NCBI GenBank assembly: GCA_035480035.1
Contig: DATIID010000001.1
Coordinates: forward strand, 73,323 to 137,322
Origin: Candidatus Saccharimonadales bacterium
GTDB taxonomy: Bacteria > Patescibacteriota > Saccharimonadia > Saccharimonadales > OMJO01
Reading direction: 5' to 3'
Length of the DNA stretch: 64,000 nucleotides
Of the stretch, positions 29,928 through 38,766 are shown in pieces (position 1 is the first letter of the stretch; every line of letters begins with the position of its first letter). The notes beneath the pieces were generated by a model. That model was not told where the DNA came from, did no database searches, and saw nothing but the letters and a program-made list of their open reading frames with translations. The translations under genes and the position numbers were made by a program.

Positions 29928-29962
29928 CCTAGTTGGGGCCGATTATTCGGCCCCAACCTAGG
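29928..29962 (+). other. 15-bp-stem inverted repeat between rsmH and ftsL
   Basis: GTTGGGGCCGA (29932-29942), ttat, TCGGCCCCAAC (29947-29957), extended by CCTA/TAGG with one bulge. No adjoining U-tract on either strand. Confidence 0.6.
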
Positions 29963-29982
29963 CAGAAAACAAAAACAAAAAT

Positions 29983-30330
29983 ATGACCTATTCGAGTTCG
30001 CTGGCCATGGGCCGGCAGCGGTTTACTCACCGCAACCAAAATATCACCAATTTAAAAGCCCAAGAGCAAACCCTTGGTCCGGTCAGCAACACCATAATGC
30101 TGATTATCTTGACCTGTCTGCTCGGCTTGTTCTATTTGACGCAGGTAACTAAAACCAACGCTTTTAGTTATCGGATTGATAGTTTGCAAAAGCAGCAAAC
30201 AGCGCTCAAGGATCAACATGCCGATTTAGAGGTAGCTTCAGCACGACTACAATCGCTCGAGCGCGTCAAAAACAGCCAAGTTGCCAAGAATTTAGTGTCG
30301 GTGGCCCCATCAACAACGCTTCAAAATTAA
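29983..30330 (+). CDS. ftsL: FtsL/DivIC-like septal protein
   Basis: Single TM followed by a coiled coil. Position between rsmH and ftsI. A-rich leader AAAACAAAAACAAAAAT before the ATG. Confidence 0.65.
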   Translation: MTYSSSLAMGRQRFTHRNQNITNLKAQEQTLGPVSNTIMLIILTCLLGLFYLTQVTKTNAFSYRIDSLQKQQTALKDQHADLEVASARLQSLERVKNSQVAKNLVSVAPSTTLQN

Positions 30331-30377
30331 TTTAGGCGTAGTTATTGAACAGGGGACACTTATAGAAGAAGCGGCTT

Positions 30378-32135
30378 ATGCAGGCTAATAGCTCCACTCA
30401 ACGGCTACTACGCATCCGTATTTTTTACGGGGCGTTAGTTTTTTTATGTATGCTATTTGTGATTCGTTTGTTTTATTTGCAAGTTATTAGACATGATTAT
30501 TATCAAAAGCTAGCGGTTAGCTTTCAGCAAAAAGAAAAAGAAATCCCGGCCGAACGCGGTTTGATTCTAGCCCATAATGGTGATGGCACGACACCGATTG
30601 TGCTTAACGAAACACTATATACTCTATTCGCTGATCCCAAGTATGTTACTGATATTGATGTGGCTGCTGCCAAAATTCAATCTGTGGTTGGTGGCTCATA
30701 CAAAGATTATGTCAGTGCTATGAAACTTGACACCCGTTACGCTATTCTTAAGAAAAAATTGACTAGTGATCAGAAACAAAAAATTGATAAATTAGAACTC
30801 AAAGGTATAGGTACACGCGATGCTATTTATCGAACTTACCCCCAAGGGCAACTGGCAGCTCAATTACTCGGCTTTGTCAACGACGATGGGGTCGGTAAAT
30901 ACGGTGTTGAACAAGCGCTGAACAAAGACTTAAGCGGCCAATCGGGGCAGTTGAAAGCGATTACTGATGCCCAGGGTATCCCTTTGGCTAGCAATCCCAG
31001 CAACATCTTAATTGAGCCCCAGGCTGGTAAACAAGTCTTGTTAACGATTGACCTTGGCATTCAGCAACAGCTCGAAGACATTCTCAAACAAGGACTTGAT
31101 AATGTCCACTCCAGCTCGGGCAGCGCCGTCATCATTGATCCGAACACCGGTGCCATTAAAGCCATGGCCAATTTTCCGACTTATAACCCAGCTCAATTCT
31201 ATAAAGTTAGCGACGCTAGTGTGTTCACTGATCCAGCCGTTAGCTCGCCCCTCGAAATTGGTTCAACAATGAAACCATTTACGGCTGCGGCGGCCCTGGA
31301 CCAAGGAGTGGTTAACCGTAACTCGACTTACTATGACCCGAGTCATTTTACAATTGGTGACGCAACGGTTAGTAACATTGAAGAAGATGGCGGTCCGGGT
31401 GTAAAAAGTATTGCAGATATCTTACAATTGTCGCTTAATACCGGTGCCACTTGGTTGTTAATGCAGATGGGCGGCGGTCAAATTAACCAAAAGGCTCGAG
31501 TGGCTTGGCATGATTACATGGTTAATCATTATCAATTCAGCAAGCCAACCGGCGTCGAACAGGGTTATGAAGCCGATGGGGTGGTGCCTGACCCAATCAA
31601 CGGCTATGGTTTAGACATTACTTATGCTAACACGGCTTTTGGGCAGGGCATGACCGCCACGCCGCTACAAATGGCTGCAGCGTTGTCTAGTGTAGTTAAC
31701 GGCGGCACCTATTACCGGCCACATTTGGTTGATGAGATGACTGATTCAAGCGGTCGTACATTTGCCACACCAGTTTCAATTGTTCGCCAAAATGTCGTTA
31801 AACCAGAGGTTAGTCAAACGATTAAAGAGTTAATGGAATACGTTATCAGCAAAAACCATGTACTGTATGGTTTAACTGATCTGCGCCCGGAATATGGTAT
31901 CGGTGGCAAAACCGGCACCGCCCAGATTGCCAAACCCGGCGGCGGTTATTACGATGACCGCTATAACGGTACTTTTATGGGTTTTGTCGGCGGCGACCAA
32001 CCGCAGTATGTTATTGTGGTGCGCGTCAACGAGCCACACATTGGCGGCTATGCCGGTTCCAAGGCCGCGGCACCCATTTTTAGCGCTCTGGCAAACATGT
32101 TAATCAATAATTTCGGCGTCACCCCAAAAAGTTAA
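30378..32135 (+). CDS. ftsI: Class B penicillin-binding protein (FtsI/PBP2-type transpeptidase)
   Basis: N-terminal TM. SxxK (STMKP), SxN (SLN), KTG (KTGTA). Confidence 0.92.
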   Translation: MQANSSTQRLLRIRIFYGALVFLCMLFVIRLFYLQVIRHDYYQKLAVSFQQKEKEIPAERGLILAHNGDGTTPIVLNETLYTLFADPKYVTDIDVAAAKIQSVVGGSYKDYVSAMKLDTRYAILKKKLTSDQKQKIDKLELKGIGTRDAIYRTYPQGQLAAQLLGFVNDDGVGKYGVEQALNKDLSGQSGQLKAITDAQGIPLASNPSNILIEPQAGKQVLLTIDLGIQQQLEDILKQGLDNVHSSSGSAVIIDPNTGAIKAMANFPTYNPAQFYKVSDASVFTDPAVSSPLEIGSTMKPFTAAAALDQGVVNRNSTYYDPSHFTIGDATVSNIEEDGGPGVKSIADILQLSLNTGATWLLMQMGGGQINQKARVAWHDYMVNHYQFSKPTGVEQGYEADGVVPDPINGYGLDITYANTAFGQGMTATPLQMAAALSSVVNGGTYYRPHLVDEMTDSSGRTFATPVSIVRQNVVKPEVSQTIKELMEYVISKNHVLYGLTDLRPEYGIGGKTGTAQIAKPGGGYYDDRYNGTFMGFVGGDQPQYVIVVRVNEPHIGGYAGSKAAAPIFSALANMLINNFGVTPKS

Positions 32136-32163
32136 TCAGTAGTATAATAAGAAGAAGTTATTC

Positions 32164-33204
32164 ATGAACCAAATACTTTACATCACCGTCGAAACAAACA
32201 CCGTTATTCGGATTCTACTACTTAGCTTTTTGGGCTTTCTACTAAGCATGCTAATTACGCCAATTTATACTGATTTAGCATATCGACACAAATGGTGGAA
32301 AAAGCCCCGCCAAAACAGTGTAACCGGCGAACCGGCTACGGTCTTTAATATTCTGCATGCCGCCAAACATAAACGCTTATTCCCAACTATGGCCGGCATC
32401 GTTTTTGTTTCAGCTATAACGGCCGTAACCTTAGTATTTAATCTTAACCGCTCGGAAACCTGGTTGCCGCTTGCGGCATTAGTCGGGGCTGGTGGTATCG
32501 GTTTAATCGACGACATCATCAATATTCATGGTTCGGGGCGGGGTACCGCCGGACTACCAACCAAGTTTAAACTCATGCTGATTTCACTAGTTGCCCTAAT
32601 CGGCGGCTGGTTCTTTTACTTTAAGCTAGACGTTAGCAAAATTTCGATTCCGTTTCTGGGCAGTTTAACGGTCAGCTGGCTAATTATTCCATTATTTGTA
32701 TTAGTTGTTGTGGCTTGTGCCAATGCGGTTAATATTACCGATGGCCTGGATGGTCTAGCTGGGGGTCTCTGTGTTAGCGCCTTTGCAACCTATGCTTTAA
32801 TTGCGTTCATCGAACGCCGTTATGGCGTATCGGGGTTTTGCATGACCATTGTTGGTACCTTGCTAAGCTACACCTGGTTTAATATTTATCCGGCCCGATT
32901 TATGATGGGTGATGTCGGTTCGTTTGCACTCGGTACAGCACTTGGCGTGGTAGCGATGTTAACTAATACAGTAGTGTTATTACCACTGATTGGTTCGGTT
33001 TTTGTGGCTGAAGCCGGCTCAACTATTATTCAAGTATTGTCCAAGCGTTTGCGTGGTGGCAAAAAGATCTTTAAGATCGCACCAATTCATCATCATTTCG
33101 AAGCCAGCGATTGGCCGGAAACTAAAGTCACTATGCGTTTTTGGATTTTAGGTCAGGTGAGTAGTGTGCTGGGGTTGATTTTGTTTCTGCTGGGGAGACA
33201 TTAA
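32164..33204 (+). CDS. mraY: Phospho-N-acetylmuramoyl-pentapeptide transferase
   Basis: Polytopic. NAVNITDGLDGLA, MGDVGSFALG, IHHHFE motifs. Confidence 0.95.
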   Translation: MNQILYITVETNTVIRILLLSFLGFLLSMLITPIYTDLAYRHKWWKKPRQNSVTGEPATVFNILHAAKHKRLFPTMAGIVFVSAITAVTLVFNLNRSETWLPLAALVGAGGIGLIDDIINIHGSGRGTAGLPTKFKLMLISLVALIGGWFFYFKLDVSKISIPFLGSLTVSWLIIPLFVLVVVACANAVNITDGLDGLAGGLCVSAFATYALIAFIERRYGVSGFCMTIVGTLLSYTWFNIYPARFMMGDVGSFALGTALGVVAMLTNTVVLLPLIGSVFVAEAGSTIIQVLSKRLRGGKKIFKIAPIHHHFEASDWPETKVTMRFWILGQVSSVLGLILFLLGRH

Positions 33205-33206
33205 AT

Positions 33207-34457
33207 ATGAGTATATTCGGCAGTTCTGCTGTTCGGCGGCCGCTCAGCCAAAGCCGAACCAGCGGTCGTCGCCATCGACCAGATTATATGTTGGTTATGC
33301 TGTGTTCCATCTTAATGGTGATTGGGTTGGTAGTAATTTATGCTATCAGTCCCGCTTTGAGTATCCAAAAACAGGTCAGTGAAAATTACTTTGTGTCGAA
33401 ACAGTTAATTGCGATTGTGCTGGGTCTTGTGGTCTTTGTAGCCACAGCTAATCTGCCAATTAGTTATTGGCGGCAACTAAAAAACCCGCTAATTATCGCT
33501 GCCGGTGTAGCAGCTGTAGCCGTACGTTTATTTGGTGAGCGGGTTAACGGCGCTTATCGTTGGATCCAGATAGGCGGCTTATCTTTTCAGGCTGTTGAGC
33601 TGATCAAATTTACTTTAATGATTTGGCTTGCTATGTTCCTGGCTGATCGTTTGCGTGACGGCACCATTAACAGTAATCAAGATGTCTTCCGCAAATTGTT
33701 AGCGGTTTTGATAATTTTAGGTATCGTGGTTGGTATACTTCAGAGCGATCTTGGTTCCCTGGGTGTGATTGTGGCCATGATGGCCAGTATTTGTTTTGTT
33801 GCCGGTCTACCGCTTAAACGGGTATTTATAATCGGCGGCATAATTGCCATTGGCGTGGTTATGCTAATTTCAACCAGCACCTATCGACGCGACCGCTTAT
33901 TAACTTATCTACATCCACAGCGAGATTGTCAGGGAGCAGGCTACCAAGCTTGTCAAGCGGTTATCTCAGTTGGCTCAGGCGGTTTGTTTGGCAAAGGCCT
34001 GGGCCGTGGCGTGCAAGGCTTTGGCTATGTGCCCGAGGCGGCCAATGATTCAATTTTTGCAATTTACTCCGAGAAATTCGGCTTTATTGGTGTTGTTGCG
34101 CTGTTATGTATTTTTATGGTTTTATTCACCCGGTTGAAAAATATAATGGAACGTACCACTGATAACTTCAGTCAATTCATTGTCGCCGGCGTACTAGCTT
34201 GGCTGAGCATCCAAACAGTTATTAATATTGGGGCCATGATCGGTCTATTGCCATTAAAGGGCATTACACTACCATTTATTAGTTATGGTGGCACCAGTAT
34301 TATTTTTATTACGGCCGCAGTTGGCATTGTCTTTAATATTTCGAGATACACTGACCTGAGTCCAAATTTGATAGCGGAAAGGGGAAGCTATGACAATTCT
34401 GGTCAGCGGCGGCGGGTCCGGCGGCCACATCACGCCTATCTTAGCCGTCGCCCATGA
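33207..34457 (+). CDS. ftsW: SEDS-family peptidoglycan polymerase FtsW/RodA
   Basis: ~10 TM helices. Conserved PEAANDSIFA and LPFISYGGTS. Confidence 0.93.
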   Translation: MSIFGSSAVRRPLSQSRTSGRRHRPDYMLVMLCSILMVIGLVVIYAISPALSIQKQVSENYFVSKQLIAIVLGLVVFVATANLPISYWRQLKNPLIIAAGVAAVAVRLFGERVNGAYRWIQIGGLSFQAVELIKFTLMIWLAMFLADRLRDGTINSNQDVFRKLLAVLIILGIVVGILQSDLGSLGVIVAMMASICFVAGLPLKRVFIIGGIIAIGVVMLISTSTYRRDRLLTYLHPQRDCQGAGYQACQAVISVGSGGLFGKGLGRGVQGFGYVPEAANDSIFAIYSEKFGFIGVVALLCIFMVLFTRLKNIMERTTDNFSQFIVAGVLAWLSIQTVINIGAMIGLLPLKGITLPFISYGGTSIIFITAAVGIVFNISRYTDLSPNLIAERGSYDNSGQRRRVRRPHHAYLSRRP

Positions 34458-35550
34458 GCTAAAGTCTAAACGGCCGGACTGCAAGATTGTCTACGTAGGC
34501 GAGCGGAGTGGTAAGTTTCAGCAATTGACAACCGGTGATAAGTCGATTGACGAAGTGCACACTATTTTTGCTGGCAAATTTCGACGCTATCATGGTGAGT
34601 CTTGGTTAAAACGTTTAGTTGACCTACCAACCAACCTGAAAAATGTACGAGACGGCGTTTATCTCGCGATTGGTTATTTGCAGAGTCGAGGTTTAGTTCG
34701 TCGTATCAAGCCGGACGTAATTTTCCTTAAAGGTGGTTACGTTGGTTTACCAGTTGGCCTAGCGGCGGTTGGCCGAAAGGTGCCCTTCATAACTCATGAT
34801 TCAGATGCCTTGCCAGGGCTTAGCAATCGTTTAGTCGCTAAGTGGGCTAAGTTACACGCCACCGGTATGCCACCAGAATATTACAGTTATCCGCCAAATA
34901 GTGTGCGCTACACTGGCGTATTGGTCGGTGATCAGTTTAAACCAGTTAATAGTGAATTGATGAAACAATATCGCCAAGACTTGAATTTACCGGTAGATGG
35001 GCTAGTTTTGCTAATTACTGGCGGCAGTTTAGGTGCCGAACGATTAAACAAGGTAGTTATGCAAGCTGTGCCTAGATTATTAGCCAAGTATTCAAACCTA
35101 ACGATTATCCACCAGGTCGGACAAGGCAAGACCGGCTTGTATAAGGATTTAACTGACCAGAGCCGAGTGCAGGAATTAGAGTTTATGAATGGTATGGAGC
35201 GCTATATGGGGGCAGCTGACGTAGTGGTAACCCGGGCGGGCGCCAATACTTTGGCAGAGCTTGGAGTGCAAGGTAAGGCTTTGGTGGTGGTACCCAATCC
35301 GCTCTTAACAGCCGGTCACCAACTGAAAAATGCTGATTACCTAACGAAAAACCAGGCGGTTTTAACAGTTAGTGAAACAGAACTAACCAGTAATAGTGAC
35401 GCCCTGACGGCCGCCATTGAGCAATTGCTTGATGATCCTGCCAAGCGTCGCCAACTTGGTAAACAATTACAAAGCTTAACCAAACCAAATGCCGCTAGTG
35501 CTTTAGCTGATTTATTAATAGAAGTAGCTGAAAATAAGCCTAATGTTTAA
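34390..35550 (+). CDS. murG: UDP-GlcNAc:lipid I N-acetylglucosaminyltransferase MurG
   Basis: GGGSGGHITP G-loop at residues 7-16 and C-terminal TRAGANTLAEL. Overlaps ftsW by 68 nt, and the only Met before the G-loop is at 34390. Confidence 0.93.
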   Translation: MTILVSGGGSGGHITPILAVAHELKSKRPDCKIVYVGERSGKFQQLTTGDKSIDEVHTIFAGKFRRYHGESWLKRLVDLPTNLKNVRDGVYLAIGYLQSRGLVRRIKPDVIFLKGGYVGLPVGLAAVGRKVPFITHDSDALPGLSNRLVAKWAKLHATGMPPEYYSYPPNSVRYTGVLVGDQFKPVNSELMKQYRQDLNLPVDGLVLLITGGSLGAERLNKVVMQAVPRLLAKYSNLTIIHQVGQGKTGLYKDLTDQSRVQELEFMNGMERYMGAADVVVTRAGANTLAELGVQGKALVVVPNPLLTAGHQLKNADYLTKNQAVLTVSETELTSNSDALTAAIEQLLDDPAKRRQLGKQLQSLTKPNAASALADLLIEVAENKPNV

Positions 35551-36454
35551 TCGAAAACCCAAACCGAGTCAACGTCGGCCACTATCATCTCGACCGAAAC
35601 GTAATCCGGCCTTTTCTTATTACAAAACTGAACCCCAAGAAATTAAAAACGATTCGTCCAAAAAATCACTGGCTAACTTACGACGTCTGTCAATTGATCG
35701 TCGTCAACATATGCGCAATTTGCCAACCTATGTTTCAGTTTTGTTAATCATTGGCTCGATTCTATATGCCACAACACTTGATACCACCCCTAAAATTTTA
35801 GTTGGTCGAACAGCTGACAAAAACAGTTTAGTCAGAAGCTCATCTGATTATCAGTCGGCGATTGGCGCTATTTTAAAACGTTCAATTTTTAACCATAACA
35901 AGCTAACGATTGATACTGACTCAGTCGCCAATGCCATCGAGTCGTCATTCCCCGAGATTGAGCACGCCACCGTGACTTTACCATTACTGGGCCGACACCC
36001 AATCATTGGGCTTGATCCATCCGAACCAGCTCTTGTTTTAAGTTCAACCAAAGGTTCATTTATTGTTGGCCAAGATGGCCGAGCATTAATCTCGACAGAT
36101 AATTCAAACAGCCAAACTACCAATTCATTAACTAAAGTTGAAGATCAAAGTGGGCTGGTAGTAGAGCAGGGGAACGCGGCACTACCAAAAGACACAGTTG
36201 CATTTATTACAACGTTAATTAATCAACTAAAAAATAAAAACATTACCGTTGAGTCAATGATATTGCCAACCATTGCTGATGAATTGCATGTACGGATTAA
36301 TAATCAACCGTACTATATAAAATTTAATCTACAAGGCGATGCTCGTTTACAAACTGGCACCCTGCTGGCAGTCATGGATAAGCTTAAAGCCGATAACATT
36401 ACACCAGTAGCATATATTGATGTTCGACTTGACGAGCGAGCCTACTATAAATAA
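35543..36454 (+). CDS. ftsQ: FtsQ/DivIB-like cell division protein
   Basis: Basic N-terminus, single TM, POTRA-like plus beta domain. Position after murG. Confidence 0.7.
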   Translation: MFNRKPKPSQRRPLSSRPKRNPAFSYYKTEPQEIKNDSSKKSLANLRRLSIDRRQHMRNLPTYVSVLLIIGSILYATTLDTTPKILVGRTADKNSLVRSSSDYQSAIGAILKRSIFNHNKLTIDTDSVANAIESSFPEIEHATVTLPLLGRHPIIGLDPSEPALVLSSTKGSFIVGQDGRALISTDNSNSQTTNSLTKVEDQSGLVVEQGNAALPKDTVAFITTLINQLKNKNITVESMILPTIADELHVRINNQPYYIKFNLQGDARLQTGTLLAVMDKLKADNITPVAYIDVRLDERAYYK

Positions 36455-36885
36455 GTGTAACTGCAAGTGTAACCACCATAACAGGGTACTATCTGAACCA
36501 TAACGTTTTTATATGCTTGTGTCAGTCATCGTTTTGTTAAGACGAGTATGGTTTGGTTAAAACTTTAAAGTTTGAAGTCCCAGCTACTCCACTCTCCCCC
36601 GAAGTTCGTATTTTGTTCATATATTATCAGATCTTTTATAAAACGAAAAAACTATATTAGCATAGTAAAGTAGGGCAATGTCAAATATTGATAATTAAAC
36701 AAGCAAGGGCAGTAAAAATATATAAAACATCAAAACACGAAAAAGCAAATGTTTTCACGGGCTAGCTGTGGAAAACTTTACAATGAATAGTTAGCCGTAT
36801 AGCTAGGTAGTCGCTACAGTAAATAAAGATAACTACACGGACTGGAGAATTGAATAGTTAACATTAATATCAATATATTTAAAAT

Positions 36886-37040
36886 CTCCCCTGTAGTAGA
36901 GGTATAACTAATTAAACCATAAGCCAGATATAACAGTCGCAAAATATACATTGTACGACGTACGATGGATATGTTGATTGTGCTCTACTACACACATGGC
37001 GGCCGGTCCCACGGCCCAATTTTATTTTAAATTTTGTTTT
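36886..37040 (+). ncRNA. Candidate ~150-nt small RNA (speculative)
   Basis: TTGAAT (36850-36855), 18 nt, TATATT (36874-36879). A perfect 10-bp closing helix 36892-36901/36983-36992. GC hairpin GGCCG/CGGCC (37001-37016) followed by a T-rich run. Confidence 0.25.
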
Positions 37041-37145
37041 AGCTGTCTACTCTACTTGTTAGTTAGGCATATTTATATAACCCGTTAATAATCACATAAA
37101 TAATATATAGTTCGCAAAATGTTTAGTAGTCAATAACTTAGTCAC

Positions 37146-37176
37146 AAAAAAAAGCGGGACCCTGATTGGATCCCGC
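37146..37176 (-). terminator. Rho-independent terminator of the small TM-protein gene
   Basis: On the - strand: GCGGGATCC, aatca, GGGTCCCGC (9-bp stem) followed by T8. Confidence 0.8.
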
Positions 37177-37198
37177 CAGCTAAAATGCAAAGATTGTT

Positions 37199-37432
37199 TT
37201 AAAACTGTTCAATGGTCAGGGCTGGTTTATTCGTCGAGGTGGTAACTTTTGGGTTACTTACCTGCTTTGGCAAAACTACAACTGTTGTTCGGCTATGACT
37301 AATTACTTCAGGATGACGACTTGTGTAGTAATACATGCCACTAATGCCTAAACCAAGACCCACCAACAGCCCACAAACCATATCAAACATGGTTAACTTA
37401 CGTGGTTTAGAGATATTACTTATTAGTTCCAT
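37199..37432 (-). CDS. Small single-pass membrane protein (77 aa)
   Basis: One TM (MVCGLLVGLGLGISGMYYY). Own strong promoter and terminator. Confidence 0.55.
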   Translation of the reverse strand: MELISNISKPRKLTMFDMVCGLLVGLGLGISGMYYYTSRHPEVISHSRTTVVVLPKQVSNPKVTTSTNKPALTIEQF

Positions 37433-37455
37433 AACACTTCCCTGTTACAGGACAT

Positions 37456-37485
37456 ATTATAACATAAGCATTAGCTCAATGTCAA
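37456..37485 (-). promoter_or_regulatory. Near-consensus sigma70-type promoter for the 77-aa gene
   Basis: - strand: TTGACA (37485-37480), 18 nt, TATAAT (37461-37456). Lies just downstream of the stop codon (37489-37491) of the upstream sigma-like gene. Confidence 0.6.
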
Positions 37486-37488
37486 TAT

Positions 37489-38529
37489 CTATTCGGCTTC
37501 GGCCAGAGTGTAGGTGGCTTTAGCGACACGTTTGAATTGGGGTTTACCTTGTAAGTTCAATAAGATAGTGGTTTCTTTGACGTAACGGCTCTTCAGTACG
37601 CGTTTAACAATTTCGTCACGATGAAGTGGTTCTTTCGACTTCTTTAGAACTTGGGTGATAATGTCGGCAACCGTACCCTTTTCATAACCCCACTCTTTTA
37701 GAGCGTAAATGCCTCGCCCGATTAGTACAAAACGCTTATCTTTAATTAATTCGTTGTGAATAGCCTGGGTCGTAACGTCTTTACGCTTAAAACTACTGTC
37801 TTTAATGGCTTTGGAGATCTCATTAAAGTGCATGTGTTTGCCGTTTTCCTTAAGAATAACGTAAATCTTGTCACGAATGTTCTTCGGATTGACCATTGGC
37901 CATTTGATTAAGCCCCAACGGCCATTGAGAGTGGCTAAATCCTTAGAGATGCTAGCCAGAGCTTCTGTGTGCTTAACGTCTTTACTATTAACAGCTTCAG
38001 CAACTTGGGCGATAGTGGCTGGTTCGCCGATTTTCTTAATGGCTTCAATGATGGCGACGGCCTGGTCCTTAATTTTCTTTTCATCATGGATAGCCTTAAT
38101 CCCTACAGCATGGAAAAAGTGATCATTATCGTCGATTACGGCGAGCTCTGGGCATAATTCACATAGAAAAGCTACACGGGCTTGGTCCACTCGGCTATTG
38201 TCTTTAGATAACTGAGCGCTCAAATCAGTAATTCGAGCAACATTACCCATACCACTGATTTGTTGCTTAAGAGTTGTCTGAACTCCTTCAATATGTGGTA
38301 GTTTACCGCTACCTGCTGTCGACTTTAAGCGAGTGATGACGGCTTTTTCAAGCTGACGGACTCGCTCACGCGTAATACCTAATAATTCACCAATTTGTTC
38401 GAGTGTTTCCTTGCGATCAAACAGACCAAAACGTCTAGAAATAATCTCACGCTCGCGTTCGCGTTCAATTGTTCCCAAAATATCGTTGACGGTTTGCTCA
38501 ATGTTGATACTGGTTGTTGAGTCAGCCAT
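37489..38529 (-). CDS. Sigma-70 region-4 HTH protein with C-terminal HARE-HTH-like winged-helix repeats
   Basis: ISRRFGL...ETLEQIGELLGITRERVRQLEKAVITRLK is region 4. The C-terminal half has two delta/HARE-type units (e.g. MHFNEISKAI...VLIGRGIYALKEW). No region 2 is visible. Confidence 0.7.
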   Translation of the reverse strand: MADSTTSINIEQTVNDILGTIEREREREIISRRFGLFDRKETLEQIGELLGITRERVRQLEKAVITRLKSTAGSGKLPHIEGVQTTLKQQISGMGNVARITDLSAQLSKDNSRVDQARVAFLCELCPELAVIDDNDHFFHAVGIKAIHDEKKIKDQAVAIIEAIKKIGEPATIAQVAEAVNSKDVKHTEALASISKDLATLNGRWGLIKWPMVNPKNIRDKIYVILKENGKHMHFNEISKAIKDSSFKRKDVTTQAIHNELIKDKRFVLIGRGIYALKEWGYEKGTVADIITQVLKKSKEPLHRDEIVKRVLKSRYVKETTILLNLQGKPQFKRVAKATYTLAEAE

Positions 38530-38570
38530 AAGTTCCTTTTACACGTCTTGTAATAAGATGATTATGTATT

Positions 38571-38599
38571 ATTCTAAAACAAAACTTTTTATAAGTCAA
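38571..38599 (-). promoter_or_regulatory. Promoter of the sigma-r4/HARE gene
   Basis: - strand: TTGACT (38599-38594), 17 nt, TAGAAT (38576-38571). ~35-nt leader. Confidence 0.55.
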
Positions 38600-38699
38600 G
38601 CCCCATGTTTTATAGACTTATTGTAGCATGAAATGGACTGTCGGGCGTGTATATGAGTTGGCAATATTACTACAATACTAGCGTGACAAGATAGCAAAT

Positions 38700-38708
38700 T
38701 GTGGATAA
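38700..38708 (-). promoter_or_regulatory. Perfect DnaA-box 9-mer (TTATCCACA on - strand)
   Basis: TGTGGATAA on the + strand, intergenic between paralog 1 and the sigma-like gene. Confidence 0.3.
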
Positions 38709-38766
38709 ATTTAGTTACATTACAATATAACTTGTCGTTAGTTCACGCAAACAGTGTAAGTTTAAT

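Noticed and set aside
36455-37198. oriC or dif site in the AT-rich gap
   Set aside because: There is only one degenerate DnaA-box-like 9-mer (TGTGGAAAA) and no cluster. I found no 28-bp XerCD-type ATAAT-N6-TTATGT core on either strand. The TTATGTTATAA at 37455-37465 is part of the TATAAT promoter and lacks a matching XerC arm.
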